From Eledone cirrhosa (Eukaryota): a stretch of 64,000 bases of DNA. Of the stretch, positions 1 to 15,200 are shown piece after piece. Under the pieces are notes generated by a model. It searched no databases and was not told the origin of the DNA. It worked only from the letters and a program-made list of their open reading frames with translations. Positions within the stretch are counted from its first letter, which is position 1. Each line of letters opens with the position of its first letter. Both the position numbers and the translations under genes were made by a program. The DNA lies in NCBI GenBank assembly GCA_964016885.1, contig OZ024740.1:72168001-72232000 (forward strand), given 5' to 3'.

Positions 1-144
1 TTGTCTTACTTTACTGCCATTCTTACTCCTTTATTTCTAACTTGCTTTGTACTGGCTTTCCTAAAACAATTTTTTTTAATTAAAGGTTTAATAAAAAATA
101 GTTCCAAAACTTGTTATAAATTCAATATTTTTTAAATGTGTAAG

Positions 145-295
145 AAGGGCATTAGGAAGGGTATCCAGCTGTTGAAACCAAGTCAGAAACAGTTCTGTGT
201 GAACAAGACACGGTCATCTGATCTGACTTGTCTTGCAACGGGATAACCCATGCTAGCATGTTAAAATGGACATTAAATGGTGATGATGATGATTG
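145..295 (+). mobile_element. SINE/RTE-tail fragment
   Basis: ggcattaggaagggtatccagctg...cccatgctagcatg...(GAT)n, the same tail as the RTE element and as reverse copies at ~4216-4370 and ~54187-54340. Confidence 0.6.
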
Positions 296-366
296 AACGT
301 TTATATTTTCTTCTGTTGTACTTGTGCTTTATATTAAAAATATTACATATAGTATATGTAATATTA

Positions 367-805
367 CACCTCTCCAAGACAATGTCACTGGACCGAGATC
401 TTTGGCGATACACAGTAATACAGAAGACCCGCCTTGCCTAAGTACAAAGTGAAACCTACAGTCAGTAGGCACCTCTAACAAAATACACCCCGGCCCCACT
501 ACCCCCACCCCTTCCAATTTAAAGTTATGTTGGTACCATAGCATCCAGTCCGAAACAAATGAGGGCGTGTAGGTGTCACGACAAAAAAACACAGTCCACG
601 CTGTAATGTGGCCGTGTAGGTAACACGGTAAAAACCTCCCAGTCCACACTGTAAACGTGGTTGGTGTTAGGAAGGGCATCCATCCGTAGAAAACCCGCCA
701 GACAGTCCTATACGAGCAAGACAACCAATCTTGCCTCAAGTGGGAAAATTCCCGTCCAAACCCATGCTAGCGTGGAAGATGGACGTTAAACGATGATGAT
801 GATGA
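367..805 (+). mobile_element. 5'-truncated 3' end of an RTE-type LINE
   Basis: Close match to 55397-55826; ends in a (GAT)n tail. Confidence 0.85.
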
Positions 806-2043
806 GTATAGTGTGTTAAATATCACATTGTCAATATATATAGTATTAACACAGACATCCTAGTATGAAATTAAACCTGTACTATTGTTGTTGTTTAGCT
901 CTAGAATAAAGATCCCTATATATTTTAGACCATCATGGAATCATTGATTTCTTATTGACCCCTTTGTCAAATCATTGACCTCTAGTCAACTGTTATGGAA
1001 GCTTTGATTCCCTCATCAACTCAGCCATGGAGCCCTTAACTCATCATTGACCCTGCCATGGAACCATTGTCCCATCAACCCCTACATGGAACCCTTGACC
1101 ACCCCCATCACTCCAGCCATATACAAAAATAAATAAGTATATAAATAAATCAATTACCACTATATAGAATAAACAATAAATTCTGCTGAGTTCAACTTTG
1201 CCTTTCGAGGTTGATAAAATAAAGTACCAGTTAAGTACTGGGATTGATTCTTCTTCTATATCTTTCTCATTTCGATTTTCTCATTCCCTATCCTTCTCTA
1301 GAAGAAATCTGCTGCTATATTCAGACCTGGAGAAGAGATGGGCTCCACCAGGTTTTAAAATGCCCAATAAATTCCCTCAGGAGTTATGGGACCATGCATG
1401 CTTATATAAACCAGAAACCTATATGTTGTATTTTATTGTATTGTTTTATGTATATTCATTTTTTATACAAATGTCGGGTTTTGGTCCCAAAGTTCAATCA
1501 CTCCCCTCCTTCCCCAGGTCACACTTTCTCTAGTTACCTCTAATTAGGCAGACCTGTGATCAGACATTTCAGCCATGACCATCCTGTCCTTTTAGAGATA
1601 GTATAAGCAGGACTGCATATCCAATATGAACTTCATAGTGAAACAGTAGAATGGGTTTGGAGGGAAAGTTGGCTGAGATTTCTAGGTTGTTGAATGAACT
1701 CTTTGATGTTGACCTCTTAGCTCAGAACTTGTTGTTTAGCAGTATATCTACCAATGCATCTGGAGAGATGAACGGTGGTGTTTGCTGTAGTATCTGGAGA
1801 GACAGTCTCAATTATTTTCCTTCCAGTTTATAACCATTCATGTAATAGTTCCAAGTATTAGATTCTTGCTACAGTAGATCGTTATATAAATACTGAGTGG
1901 TCAGTTTTTTTTCTCATTCTACATTGCATTATTGCTACTGGTTGAACAAGATTCCAGATAAGTTGTTAAAATACAGGGAACAAAAATGGAAAACTATTGA
2001 ACAAGCAAGAAATGGTAATTTGAAAAATATATTTGAAAGATAG

Positions 2044-2305
2044 TTAACTCTTTTGTTACCAGATTTCTAATGGAATATATTCACTATGCATTTCAATTAA
2101 TTTTGAAAATAATAAAAAAAAATTTGGAGGAATTTAGTAAAATAACTTTTTCCTTTTAAGCTGATGTTTGAATCATAAGTTAAGAAAATGTTCTTACAAA
2201 AATCATGAGGCAAGGTTTTGATATATATTTGAACACTTTAAAATGAATAGTTTTGTATCGAAGAACCATAAGCAGTTTCGGGTGGGTTGGTATTAAAAGG
2301 GTTAA
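2044..2305. mobile_element. TTAA-flanked MITE (piggyBac-like ends)
   Basis: TTAActcttttgttacc ... ggtattaaaagggTTAA; related decayed copies at 4174-4687 and ~44190-45030. Confidence 0.6.
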
Positions 2306-2469
2306 GATTAGAAATTTCTTGATGTATGAGATAGAAATTATCCATGGATCACATTTGCATAAAGGCTGTCATTAAGAAATAATCGATATGTATTATAGGA
2401 TAAGTGATTCTCAGATGAAGACGGAGAAATGTTATGGACATTAGTTAAAGATGAATGGGATTAGGTCAG

Positions 2470-2630
2470 GAATATATCAAGGCAAAGGATCAACTTATTC
2501 TATACACTGAAGTGGGATTAAAGTAAGAAATACATCAAGACAAAGGATCAACTAATATACACTGAAATAGTATTTAAGTAAGAAATACATAGAAGCAAAG
2601 GATCAACTACAACTATACACTGAAGTGATG
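2470..2630. repeat. Degenerate ~55-bp tandem repeat, 3 copies
   Basis: caaaggatcaact...atacactgaa recurs three times. Confidence 0.7.
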
Positions 2631-3472
2631 TAAATTAGAAGATCAATTGGATAGGTAGATTGTTAGTAAAGAGAGCAGGGATTAATAGTAGAAATGTTAA
2701 AACTAATAAAGCTTTCATGTCCCATAAATCAGATCTTCTTTAATAGCTACTGGCCTGTTGGCCAATATCAATTGAAGAGTGAAGAACAGATCAAAGGTTT
2801 TGATGAAGCAATGAAAGAATTATTGACAGTTTAGAGCTTAAATGATGTAGGTTTAAAACTCCAGGTCAGCTTTCATTGCATAGAACTATGATCAAAGGCA
2901 TTCTAACCTTTTGGGTATTGCATTCCTAGAACTGAGTTGTATGTATCTGTAGATAGCTAATAAGACCAATTCTGGCACAGAAATAATAGCCACGTGTGAG
3001 GTATGTCTGTACTGTGACTTCCTTTGGAGTCTACTAACTAGACTTTGTGGAACTCGTGTTTGGTTTCCATCATCATCTCCGTTTTACGGAAAAATTGATG
3101 TAAAACGGTGATGATGATGTCTGGATGTGTCTCTTACCTGGATTGTAGGATTGTGCACCTTTATGAATAAGGGTGCACTATAAGGGTCTGTTCTGTGTAA
3201 GCTGTTCCCAAGATTTTATGTTAATACTCATGGATTTCAGTGTTACCATCAGGCCATCTTTGTAGTGTTTGTCTGGGGAATGAGAATAGGTGAAAAGACA
3301 GGGAAAGAAATTAGAACTTCATAGTTGCGGTGTACATTGTGACAGTTTGGAAGAAGCTGTTCTAAATTCAATTGATCCATCACATCATCAAATAGTTATT
3401 TATTTAGTCATGATGTTATATTGGTATCTTATATCCATGTATCTAAACAACAGTTTTCAATTTATTTTTCAG

Positions 3473-3565
3473 CATGTAAGCAATGATATCTTTTGGTTTT
3501 ATATGATAGAGATTGGCTACTACATCTCCAGTTTGGTGCTTCATTTCACAGATGTACGTCGAAAG
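3473..3565 (+). CDS. CERS: Ceramide synthase (TLC/Lag1p domain, CerS5/6-like), first coding exon identified in the window
   Basis: tttttcag|CAT...AAG|gtaaa; 93 nt, phase 0; HVSNDIFWFYMIEIGYYISSLVLHFTDVRRK resembles the CerS 'WYYMIELxFYxSL...DxKRK' segment. Upstream exons were not found and are probably outside the window. Confidence 0.92.
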
Positions 3566-3942
3566 GTAAAGATATATTTATATACATACTTCCTATTGTT
3601 GCTATGTTGAAATATATTTTATTATACCAGTGACTCGAGTGCCAGAAGTTTTGTGTGTAAGGATACTTAAACTGCAGTTTAACTAGTAACCTTAAGCACA
3701 AAATCCTTGTCCCTCAAATCACTAATGGTATTTAACTGCAATGTCTTAAAGCACAAAACTCTGACTCCTGGATCACTGATATAGCTTTGCAGCTATCATC
3801 ATCATTGGATCAAGCGATCACAGCTATAATGAAATATATATCACTCTACTCATGTACTGAGTTTTGTTTCTCCCATTTGTAAAGCCAAAACATGTCAATA
3901 TATAAATGTGGCACTGACTCTTGTATTGATTCTTATTTACAG

Positions 3943-4071
3943 GATTTTTGGGAACTGTTCATTCACCATATTGTGACTTTACTGTTACTGACTTTCTCAT
4001 GGATTCAGAATATGATCAGAGTTGGTACTCTGGTGCTGGTAATTCACGATACTGTTGATCCCCTTGTAGAG
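3943..4071 (+). CDS. CERS: Ceramide synthase exon carrying the Lag1p motif
   Basis: tttacag|GAT...GAG|gtaagt; DFWELFIHHIVTLLLLTFSWIQNMIRVGTLVLVIHDTVDPLVE contains the conserved HH pair and HDxxD of the Lag1p motif. Confidence 0.96.
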
Positions 4072-4173
4072 GTAAGTGTTTCCTAGTCTCTACATGAAGA
4101 GGTTAGTCTCTCCTAGTTTTGGCTTATAGGTATAGTCACCAAACTCTTACATCAATTTTTTTTTTTTAACAAT

Positions 4174-4687
4174 TTAACCCTGTTATGACTGTATTTGTAA
4201 TGAAATAACTCTTACCATCATCATCCATTTTTTTCCATGCTAACATAGGTTAGACATGGTGTCCTGTTGTGAGGCAAGTCAGATCAGATGACCATGTTTT
4301 GTTCACACAGAACTGTTTCTGGCTTGGTTTCTCTGGCTGGATGCTCTTCCTAACACTAACCAAATTTAGTGTGGACTAATGCTTTTTATCATGTCACCAA
4401 CTTGACTACTTCAGTGTGGACTGGCTGCTTTTTGTCATGTCAACAACACAGCCACTTTACAATGTGGACTGGTTGCTTTTTGTTGTGGCACCAAACTATA
4501 TTTCAATTGATTAATGAAGAATTTTGTTTGATTTACTAACTATCTTATAAAGTAATTATAATGTAACTTAATGCATATTTCTTGTATAAAATTGTTGGAA
4601 GATTTTAATTTAAATGGTAATACTTTAAAATCGACTTTGTTTCAAAGAGCCAGAGCTAGTTTTGGCTAGGTTGGTATCAAGTGTTAA
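4174..4687. mobile_element. TTAA MITE interrupted by a minus-strand SINE-like element (~4216-4495)
   Basis: TTAAccctg...gtgTTAA ends, internal similarity to 2044-2305; insert begins with (CAT)n and is the reverse complement of 145-295. Confidence 0.5.
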
Positions 4688-4729
4688 ATGCATTTCTTTT
4701 TCTTAACAATTTCAAAATTGTAATTGTAT

Positions 4730-5245
4730 GGCAAGTGACTTGATATGGGATTGTGTGTTGCGTTTAAACTAAAGAAATTACATCATGAAAGAGTCACTTG
4801 ATTCACAGTTGAACATGTCTAGCAAGTGACTTGATCTGAGACTGTGTTGAAACTAGAATAATGACAGCATGGAAGAGTCATTTTACCCACCTTTGTACAT
4901 GTCTGGATAGTGACTTGATCTGTGACTGTGTTGAAACTAAAGCAATTACATTGTGGAAGAGTCATTTTAGCCACAGCTGTGTCTGACAAGTGACTTGATC
5001 TGAAATGGTGTTTAAACTAAAACAGTTACAGCATTGAAGAGTCATGTTAGCCACTCAAAAACATACACAAAAACTATTAACTTCATTTTATATTTATCAT
5101 TTGTTTGTCGGTGTCCAAATTTACATCATGCGTTTTGTGGCCTGGTCACTGATACAATTTCACTGCAAGGGAACTGTGTCAATGACCAGCTATTGTGTAT
5201 CTTTTAATGGCTAAAATTACTCTTCTATAATGTAATTGTTTCTTA
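4730..5245. mobile_element. Foldback-like element with ~85-bp modular arms
   Basis: Four copies of caagtgacttgatct...gaagagtca, a palindromic centre near 5142-5189, then an inverted partial module. Confidence 0.55.
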
Positions 5246-6226
5246 ACAATTGTTGTTGTTAATGTCAGTTTATTCCATGTTGGCATGGGTTGAACAGTGT
5301 CCTGTTAATAAAATGAAATCTTGATTAATGTACAGGGTCAACGATCCTTTTGTGTTGTGTTGTGTGTAAATCAGCATGGCTAGGGGCGTATTATTCACAA
5401 GGCTGACTAAGCTGAAGCATGGGGGATCCAAAGGGTCTGGTTGGGGGTGGGTCCATTAATTTTGTTTCTGTTGTAGTGGAATGAAAAATTGAAGTGTCTC
5501 AATGAGGCTAAAATATCTGAAAACCTAGTGGTCTGGTCATAGGTTAATACAGCAGAGCAGATGCTTAATTTTCTTTGCTTTGACCTAGCAATCTCTCTAG
5601 TTCAGTGGGTCCCAAACTATACACCTCAGTCCACAGGTGTGCCATGAGAGGTAATTAGGTACACAGTAAAAGAGCTAGATACTATTAGAAAATATCATTA
5701 TGTGTCTGTTTTCCCTGCTCCTTTAAATTCATAATAAAGTTTATATATAACTGTCAAAGGGGGAAGCAACTAAACTAAGAATGAAAACATTGCCAAAAAA
5801 TGCCAAACACATGTTTCACATTGAAAACTTTGTTTCTTGTATTGACTGCTTTATACTATTTTGTTAATATGTATAAATGCTTCTTTTGAATAAATTTACA
5901 AATTTAGGCATAAATTGCACGAAAACATTTTTACTTATTCTAAAGTGTGCTGTGAATAAATAATGTTTAGGTGCAGCTACTCTAGGTAATGTAGGCTACA
6001 AAAACAAGTGTTCTATTACCATTTTCTCTGTTAAAACAAGACTTAGCTTTAGGGGTTTGATGCTTGACGTCATACTCATCATGTGGTCCTTTTTGAGTAA
6101 ATTTCTTACAGCTGGATGCCCTTCTTGGTACCAACCCTTTAGTCATCTCTTATCAAACTCAGTCTATAGTATCCCTAACAGACAAAAGAATAAAGGGTCT
6201 AACCTGAAGATATTATCATTGAACTG

Positions 6227-9200
6227 TTGATTCTATCTATTAAATACTATAGACACTACCCTGATTCTATCTATTAAATACTATAGACACTACCCTGATT
6301 CTATCTATTAAATACTATAGACACTACCTTGATTCTATCTATTAAATACTATAGACACTACCTTGATTCTATCTATTAAATACTACAGACACTACCCTGA
6401 TTCTATCTATTAAATACTATAGACACTACCTTGATTCTATCTATTAAATACTACAGACACTACCTTGATTCTATCTATTAAATACTATAGACACTACCTT
6501 GATTCTATCTATTAAATACTATAGACACTACCTTGATTCTATCTATTAAATACTATAGACACTACCTTGATTCTATCTATTAAATACTATAGACACTACC
6601 TTGATTCTATCTATTAAATACTACAGACACTACCTTGATTCTATCTATTAAATACTATAGACACTACCTTGATTGTATCTATTAAATACTATAGACACTA
6701 CCTTGATTCTATCTATTAAATACTACAGACACTACCTTCATTCTATCTATTAAATACTATAGACACTACCTTGATTCTATCTATTAAATACTATAGACAC
6801 TACCTTGATTCTATCTATTAAATACTATAGACACTACCTTGATTCTATCTATTAAATACTACAGATACGACCTTGATTCTATCTATTAAATACTATAGAC
6901 ACTACCCTGATTCTATCTATTAAATACTATAGACACTACCCTGATTCTATCTATTAAATACTATAGACACTACCTTGGTTCTATCTATTAAATACTACAG
7001 ACACTACCTTGATTCTATCTATTAAATACTATAGACACTACCTTGATTCTATCTATTAAATACTATAGACACTACCTTGATTCTATCTGTTACCTTGATT
7101 CTATCTATTAAATACTATAGACACTACCTTGATTCTATCTATTAAATACTATAGACACTACCTTGATTCTATCTATTAAATACTATAGACACTACCTTGA
7201 TTCTATCTATTAAATACTATAGGCACTACCTTGATTCTATCTATTAAATACTACAGATACTACCTTGATTCTATCTATTAAATACTACAGACACTACCTT
7301 GATTCTATCTATTAAATACTATAGACACTACCTTGATTCTATCTATTAAATACTACAGTCACTACCCTGATTCTATCTATTAAATACTATAGACCCTACC
7401 TTGATTCTATCTATTAAATACTATAGACACTACCTTGATTCTATCTATTAAATACTATAGACACTACCTTGATTCTATCTATTAAATACTATAGACACTA
7501 CCTTGATTCTATCTATTAAATACTATAGACACTACCTTGATTCTATCTATTAAATACTATAGACACTACCTTGATTCTATCTATTAAATACTATAGACAC
7601 TACCTTGATTCTATCTATTAAATACTACAGATACTACCTTGATTCTATCTATTAAATACTACAGATACTACCTTGATTCTATCTATTAAATACTACAGAC
7701 ACTACCTTGATTCTATCTATTAAATACTATAGACACTACCTTGATTCTATCTATTAAATACTATAGACACTACCTTGATTCTATCTATTAAATACTATAG
7801 ACACTACCCTGATTCTATCTATTAAATACTATAGACACTACCTTGATTCTATCTATTAAATACTACAGACACTACCTTGATTCTATCTATTAAATACTAT
7901 AGACACTACCTTGATTCTATCTATTAAATACTATAGACACTACCTTGATTCTATCTATTAAATACTATAGACACTACCTTCATTCTATCTATTAAATACT
8001 ACAGATACTACCTTGATTCTATCTATTAAATACTATAGACACTACCCTGATTCTATCTATTAAATACTATAGACACTACCCTGATTCTATCTATTAAATA
8101 CTATAGACACTACCTTGGTTCTATCTATTAAATACTACAGACACTACCTTGATTCTATCTATTAAATACTATAGACACTACCTTGATTCTATCTATTAAA
8201 TACTATAGACACTACCTTGATTCTATCTATTAAATACTACAGACACTACCTTGATTCTATCTATTAAATACTATAGACACTACCCTGATTCTATCTATTA
8301 AATACAATAGACACTACCTTGATTCTATCTATTAAATACTATAGACACTACCCTGATTCTATCTATTAAATACTATAGACACTACCTTGATTCTATCTAT
8401 TAAATACTATAGACACTACCCTGATTCTATCTATTAAATACTATAGACACTACCTTGATTCTATCTATTAAATACTATAGACACTACCTTGATTCTATCT
8501 ATTAAATACTACAGACACTACCTTGATTCTATCTATTAAATACTATAGACACTACCTTGATTCTATCTATTAAATACTATAGACACTACCTTGATTCTAT
8601 CTATTAAATACTATAGACACTACCTTGATTCTATCTATTAAATACTATAGACACTACCCTGATTCTATCTATTAAATACTATAGACACTACCTTGATTCT
8701 ATCTATTAAATACTATAGACACTACCCTGATTCTATCTATTAAATACTATAGACACTACCTTGATTCTATCTATTAAATACTATAGACACTACCTTGATT
8801 CTATCTATTAAATACTATAGACACTACCTTGATTCTATCTATTAAATACTATAGACACTACCCTGATTCTATCTATTAAATACTACAGACACTACCTTGA
8901 TTCTATCTATTAAATACTATAGACACTACCCTGATTCTATCTATTAAATACAATAGATACTACCTTGATTCTATCTATTAAATACTATAGACACTACCCT
9001 GATTCTATCTATTAAATACTATAGACACTACCTTGATTCTATCTATTAAATACTATAGACACTACCCTGATTCTATCTATTAAATACTATAGACACTACC
9101 TTGATTCTATCTATTAAATACTATAGACACTACCTTGATTCTATCTATTAAATACTATAGACACTACCTTGATTCTATCTATTAAATACTATAGACACTA

Positions 9201-12200
9201 CCTTGATTCTATCTATTAAATACTATAGACTACCTTGATTCTATCTATTAAATACTATAGACACTACCCTGATTCTATCTATTAAATACTACAGACACTA
9301 CCTTGATTCTATCTATTAAATACTATAGACACTACCTTGATTCTATCTATTAAATACAATAGACACTACCCTGATTCTATCTATTAAATACAATAGACAC
9401 TACCTTGATTCTATCTATTAAATACAATAGACACTACCTTGATTCTATCTATTAAATACTATAGACACTACCTTGATTCTATCTATTAAATACTATAGAC
9501 ACTACCTTGATTCTATCTATTAAATACTATAGACACTACCTTGATTCTATCTATTAAATACTATAGACACTACCTTGATTCTATCTATTAAATACTACAG
9601 ACACTACCTTGATTCTATCTATTAAATACTATAGACACTACCCTGATTCTATCTATTAAATACTACAGACACTACCTTGATTCTATCTATTAAATACTAT
9701 AGACACTACCCTGATTCTATCTATTAAATACAATAGACACTACCTTGATTCTATCTATTAAATACTACAGACCCTACCTTGATTCTATCTATTAAATACT
9801 ACAGGCACTACCTGATTCTATCTATTAAATACTACAGACACTACCTTGATTCTATCTATTAAATACTATAGACACTACCTTGATTCTATCTATTAAATAC
9901 TATAGACACTACTTTGATTCTATCTATTAAATACTACAGACACTACCCTGATTCTATCTATTAAATACTACAGACACTACCTTGATTCTATCTATTAAAT
10001 ACTATAGACATTACTTTGATTCTATCTATTAAATACTATAGACACTACCCTGATTCTATCTATTAAATACAATAGACACTACCTTGATTCTATCTATTAA
10101 ATACTATAGACACTACCCTGATTCTATCTATTAAATACTATAGACACTACCTTGATTCTATCTATTAAATACTATAGACACTACCCTGATTCTATCTATT
10201 AAATACTATAGACACTACCTTGATTCTATCTATTAAATACTATAGACACTACCTTGATTCTATCTATTAAATACTATAGACACTACCTTGATTCTATCTA
10301 TTAAATACTATAGACACTACCCTGATTCTATCTATTAAATACTATAGACACTACCTTGATTCTATCTATTAAATACTATAGACACTACCTTGATTCTATC
10401 TATTAAATACTATAGACACTACCTTGATTCTATCTATTAAATACTATAGACACTACCCTGATTCTATCTATTAAATACTACAGACACTACCTTGATTCTA
10501 TCTATTAAATACTATAGACACTACCCTGATTCTATCTATTAAATACAATAGACACTACCTTGATTCTATCTATTAAATACTATAGACACTACCCTGATTC
10601 TATCTATTAAATACTATAGACACTACCTTGATTCTATCTATTAAATACTATAGACACTACCCTGATTCTATCTATTAAATACTATAGACACTACCTTGAT
10701 TCTATCTATTAAATACTATAGACACTACCCTGATTCTATCTATTAAATACTATAGACACTACCTTGATTCTATCTATTAAATACTATAGACTACCTTGAT
10801 TCTATCTATTAAATACTACAGACACTACCTTGATTCTATCTATTAAATACTATAGACACTACCCTGATTCTATCTATTAAATACAATAGACACTACCTTG
10901 ATTCTATCTATTAAATACAATAGACACTACCTTGATTCTATCTATTAAATACTACAGACACTACCTTGATTCTATCTATTAAATACTATAGACACTACCT
11001 TGATTCTATCTATTAAATACTACAGACACTACCTTGATTCTATCTATTAAATACAATAGGCACTACCTTGATTCTATCTATTAAATACTATAGACACTAC
11101 CTTGATTCTATCTATTAAATACTATAGACACTACCTTGATTCTATCTATTAAATACTACAGACACTACCTTGATTCTATCTATTAAATACTATAGACACT
11201 ACCTTGATTCTATCTATTAAATACTACAGACACTACCTTGATTCTATCTATTAAATACAATAGGCACTACCTTGATTCTATCTATTAAATACTATAGACA
11301 CTACCTTGATTCTATCTATTAAATACTACAGACCCTACCTTGATTCTATCTATTAAATACTATAGACACTACCTTGATTCTATCTATTAAATACTACAGA
11401 CACGACCTTGATTCTATCTATTAAATACTACAGACCCTACCTTGATTCTATCTATTAAATACTACAGGCACTACCTGATTCTATCTATTAAATACTACAG
11501 ACACTACCTTGATTCTATCTATTAAATACTATAGACACTACCTTGATTCTATCTATTAAATACTATAGACTCTACTTTGATTCTATCTATTAAATACTAC
11601 AGACACTACCCTGATTCTATCTATTAAATACTATAGACACTACCCTGATTCTATCTATTAAATACTATAGACACTACCTTGATTCTATCTATTAAATACT
11701 ACAGACACTAACCTTGATTCTATCTATTAAATACTATAGACACTACCTTGATTCTATCTATTAAATACTATAGACACTACCTTGATTCTATCTATTAAAT
11801 ACTATAGACACTACCCTGATTCTATCTATTAAATACTATAGACACTACCTTGATTCTATCTATTAAATACTATAGACACTACCCTGATTCTATCTATTAA
11901 ATACTATAGACACTACCTTGATTCTATCTATTAAATACTATAGACACTACCTTGATTCTATCTATTAAATACTATAGACACTACCTTGATTCTATCTATT
12001 AAATACTATAGACACTACCCTGATTCTATCTATTAAATACTACAGACACTACCTTGATTCTATCTATTAAATACTATAGACACTACCCTGATTCTATCTA
12101 TTAAATACAATAGACTACTACCTTGATTCTATCTATTAAATACTATAGACACTACCCTGATTCTATCTATTAAATACTACAGACACTACCTTGATTCTAT

Positions 12201-15200
12201 CTATTAAATACTATAGACACTACCCTGATTCTATCTATTAAATACTATAGACACTACCTTGATTCTATCTATTAAATACTATAGACCTACCTTGATTCTA
12301 TCTATTAAATACTATAGACACTACCCTGATTCTATCTATTAAATACTACAGACACTACCTTGATTCTATCTATTAAATACTATAGACACTACCTTGATTC
12401 TATCTATTAAATACTATAGACACTACCCTGATTCTATCTATTAAATACTACAGACACTACCTTGATTCTATCTATTAAATACTATAGACACTACCTTGAT
12501 TCTATCTATTAAATACTATAGACACTACCTTGATTCTATCTATTAAATACAATAGACACTACCCTGATTCTATCTATTAAATACAATAGACACTACCTTG
12601 ATTCTATCTATTAAATACAATAGACACTACCTTGATTCTATCTATTAAATACTATAGACACTACCTTGATTCTATCTATTAAATACTATAGACACTACCT
12701 TGATTCTATCTATTAAATACTATAGACCACCTTGATTCTATCTATTAAATACTATAGACACTACCCTGATTCTATCTATTAAATACTACAGACACTACCT
12801 TGATTCTATCTATTAAATACTATAGACACTACCTTGATTCTATCTATTAAATACTATAGACACTACCCTGATTCTATCTATTAAATACTACAGACACTAC
12901 CTTGATTCTATCTATTAAATACTATAGACACTACCTTGATTCTATCTATTAAATACTATAGACACTACCTTGATTCTATCTATTAAATACAATAGACACT
13001 ACCCTGATTCTATCTATTAAATACAATAGACACTACCTTGATTCTATCTATTAAATACAATAGACACTACCTTGATTCTATCTATTAAATACTATAGACA
13101 CTACCTTGATTCTATCTATTAAATACTATAGACACTACCTTGATTCTATCTATTAAATACTATAGACACTACCTTGATTCTATCTATTAAATACTATAGA
13201 CACTACCTTGATTCTATCTATTAAATACTACAGACACTACCTTGATTCTATCTATTAAATACTATAGACACTACCCTGATTCTATCTATTAAATACTACA
13301 GACACTACCTTGATTCTATCTATTAAATACTATAGACACTACCCTGATTCTATCTATTAAATACAATAGACACTACCTTGATTCTATCTATTAAATACTA
13401 CAGACCCTACCTTGATTCTATCTATTAAATACTACAGGCACTACCTGATTCTATCTATTAAATACTACAGACACTACCTTGATTCTATCTATTAAATACT
13501 ATAGACACTACCTTGATTCTATCTATTAAATACTATAGACACTACTTTGATTCTATCTATTAAATACTACAGACACTACCCTGATTCTATCTATTAAATA
13601 CTACAGACACTACCTTGATTCTATCTATTAAATACTATAGACACTACCCTGATTCTATCTATTAAATACTATAGACACTACCTTGATTCTATCTATTAAA
13701 TACTATAGACACTACTTTGATTCTATCTATTAAATACTACAGACACTACCCTGATTCTATCTATTAAATACTACAGACCCTACCCTGATTCTATCTATTA
13801 AATACTATAGACACTACCCTGATTCTATCTATTAAATACTATAGACACTACCTTGATTCTATCTATTAAATACTACAGACACTACCTTGATTCTATCTAT
13901 TAAATACAATAGGCACTACCTTGATTCTATCTATTAAATACTATAGACACTACCTTGATTCTATCTATTAAATACTATAGACACTACCTTGATTCTATCT
14001 ATTAAATACTACAGACACTACCTTGATTCTATCTATTAAATACTATAGACACTACCTTGATTCTATCTATTAAATACTACAGACACTACCTTGATTCTAT
14101 CTATTAAATACAATAGGCACTACCTTGATTCTATCTATTAAATACTATAGACACTACCTTGATTCTATCTATTAAATACTACAGACCCTACCTTGATTCT
14201 ATCTATTAAATACTATAGACACTACCCTGATTCTATCTATTAAATACTATAGACACTACCTTGATTCTATCTATTAAATACTACAGACACGACCTTGATT
14301 CTATCTATTAAATACTATAGACACTACCTTGATTCTATCTATTAAATACTATAGACACTACCTTGATTCTATCTATTAAATACTACAGACACGACCTTGA
14401 TTCTATCTATTAAATACTATAGACACTACCTTGATTCTATCTATTAAATACTATAGACACTACCTTGATTCTATCTATTAAATACTACAGACACGACCTT
14501 GATTCTATCTATTAAATACTATAGACACTACCTTGATTCTATCTATTAAATACTACAGACACTACCTTGATTCTATCTATTAAATACAATAGGCACTACC
14601 TTGATTCTATCTATTAAATACTATAGACACTACCTTGATTCTATCTATTAAATACTACAGACCCTACCTTGATTCTATCTATTAAATACTATAGACACTA
14701 CCCTGATTCTATCTATTAAATACTATAGACACTACCTTGATTCTATCTATTAAATACTATAGACACTACCTTGATTCTATCTATTAAATACTATAGACAC
14801 TACCTTGATTCTATCTATTAAATACTACAGACACGACCTTGATTCTATCTATTAAATACTATAGACACTACCTTGATTCTATCTATTAAATACTATAGAC
14901 ACTACCTTGATTCTATCTATTAAATACTATAGACACGACCTTGATTCTATCTATTAAATACTATAGACACTACCCTGATTCTATCTATTAAATACTATAG
15001 ACACTACCTTGATTCTATCTATTAAATACTATAGACACTACCTTGATTCTATCTATTAAATACTATAGACACTACCTTGATTCTATCTATTAAATACTAC
15101 AGACACGACCTTGATTCTATCTATTAAATACTATAGACACTACCTTGATTCTATCTATTAAATACTATAGACACTACCTTGATTCTATCTATTAAATACT

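Noticed and set aside
329-1833. Short ORFs as upstream CerS exons or separate genes
   Set aside because: No CerS similarity or convincing splice context; they overlap repeat fragments.
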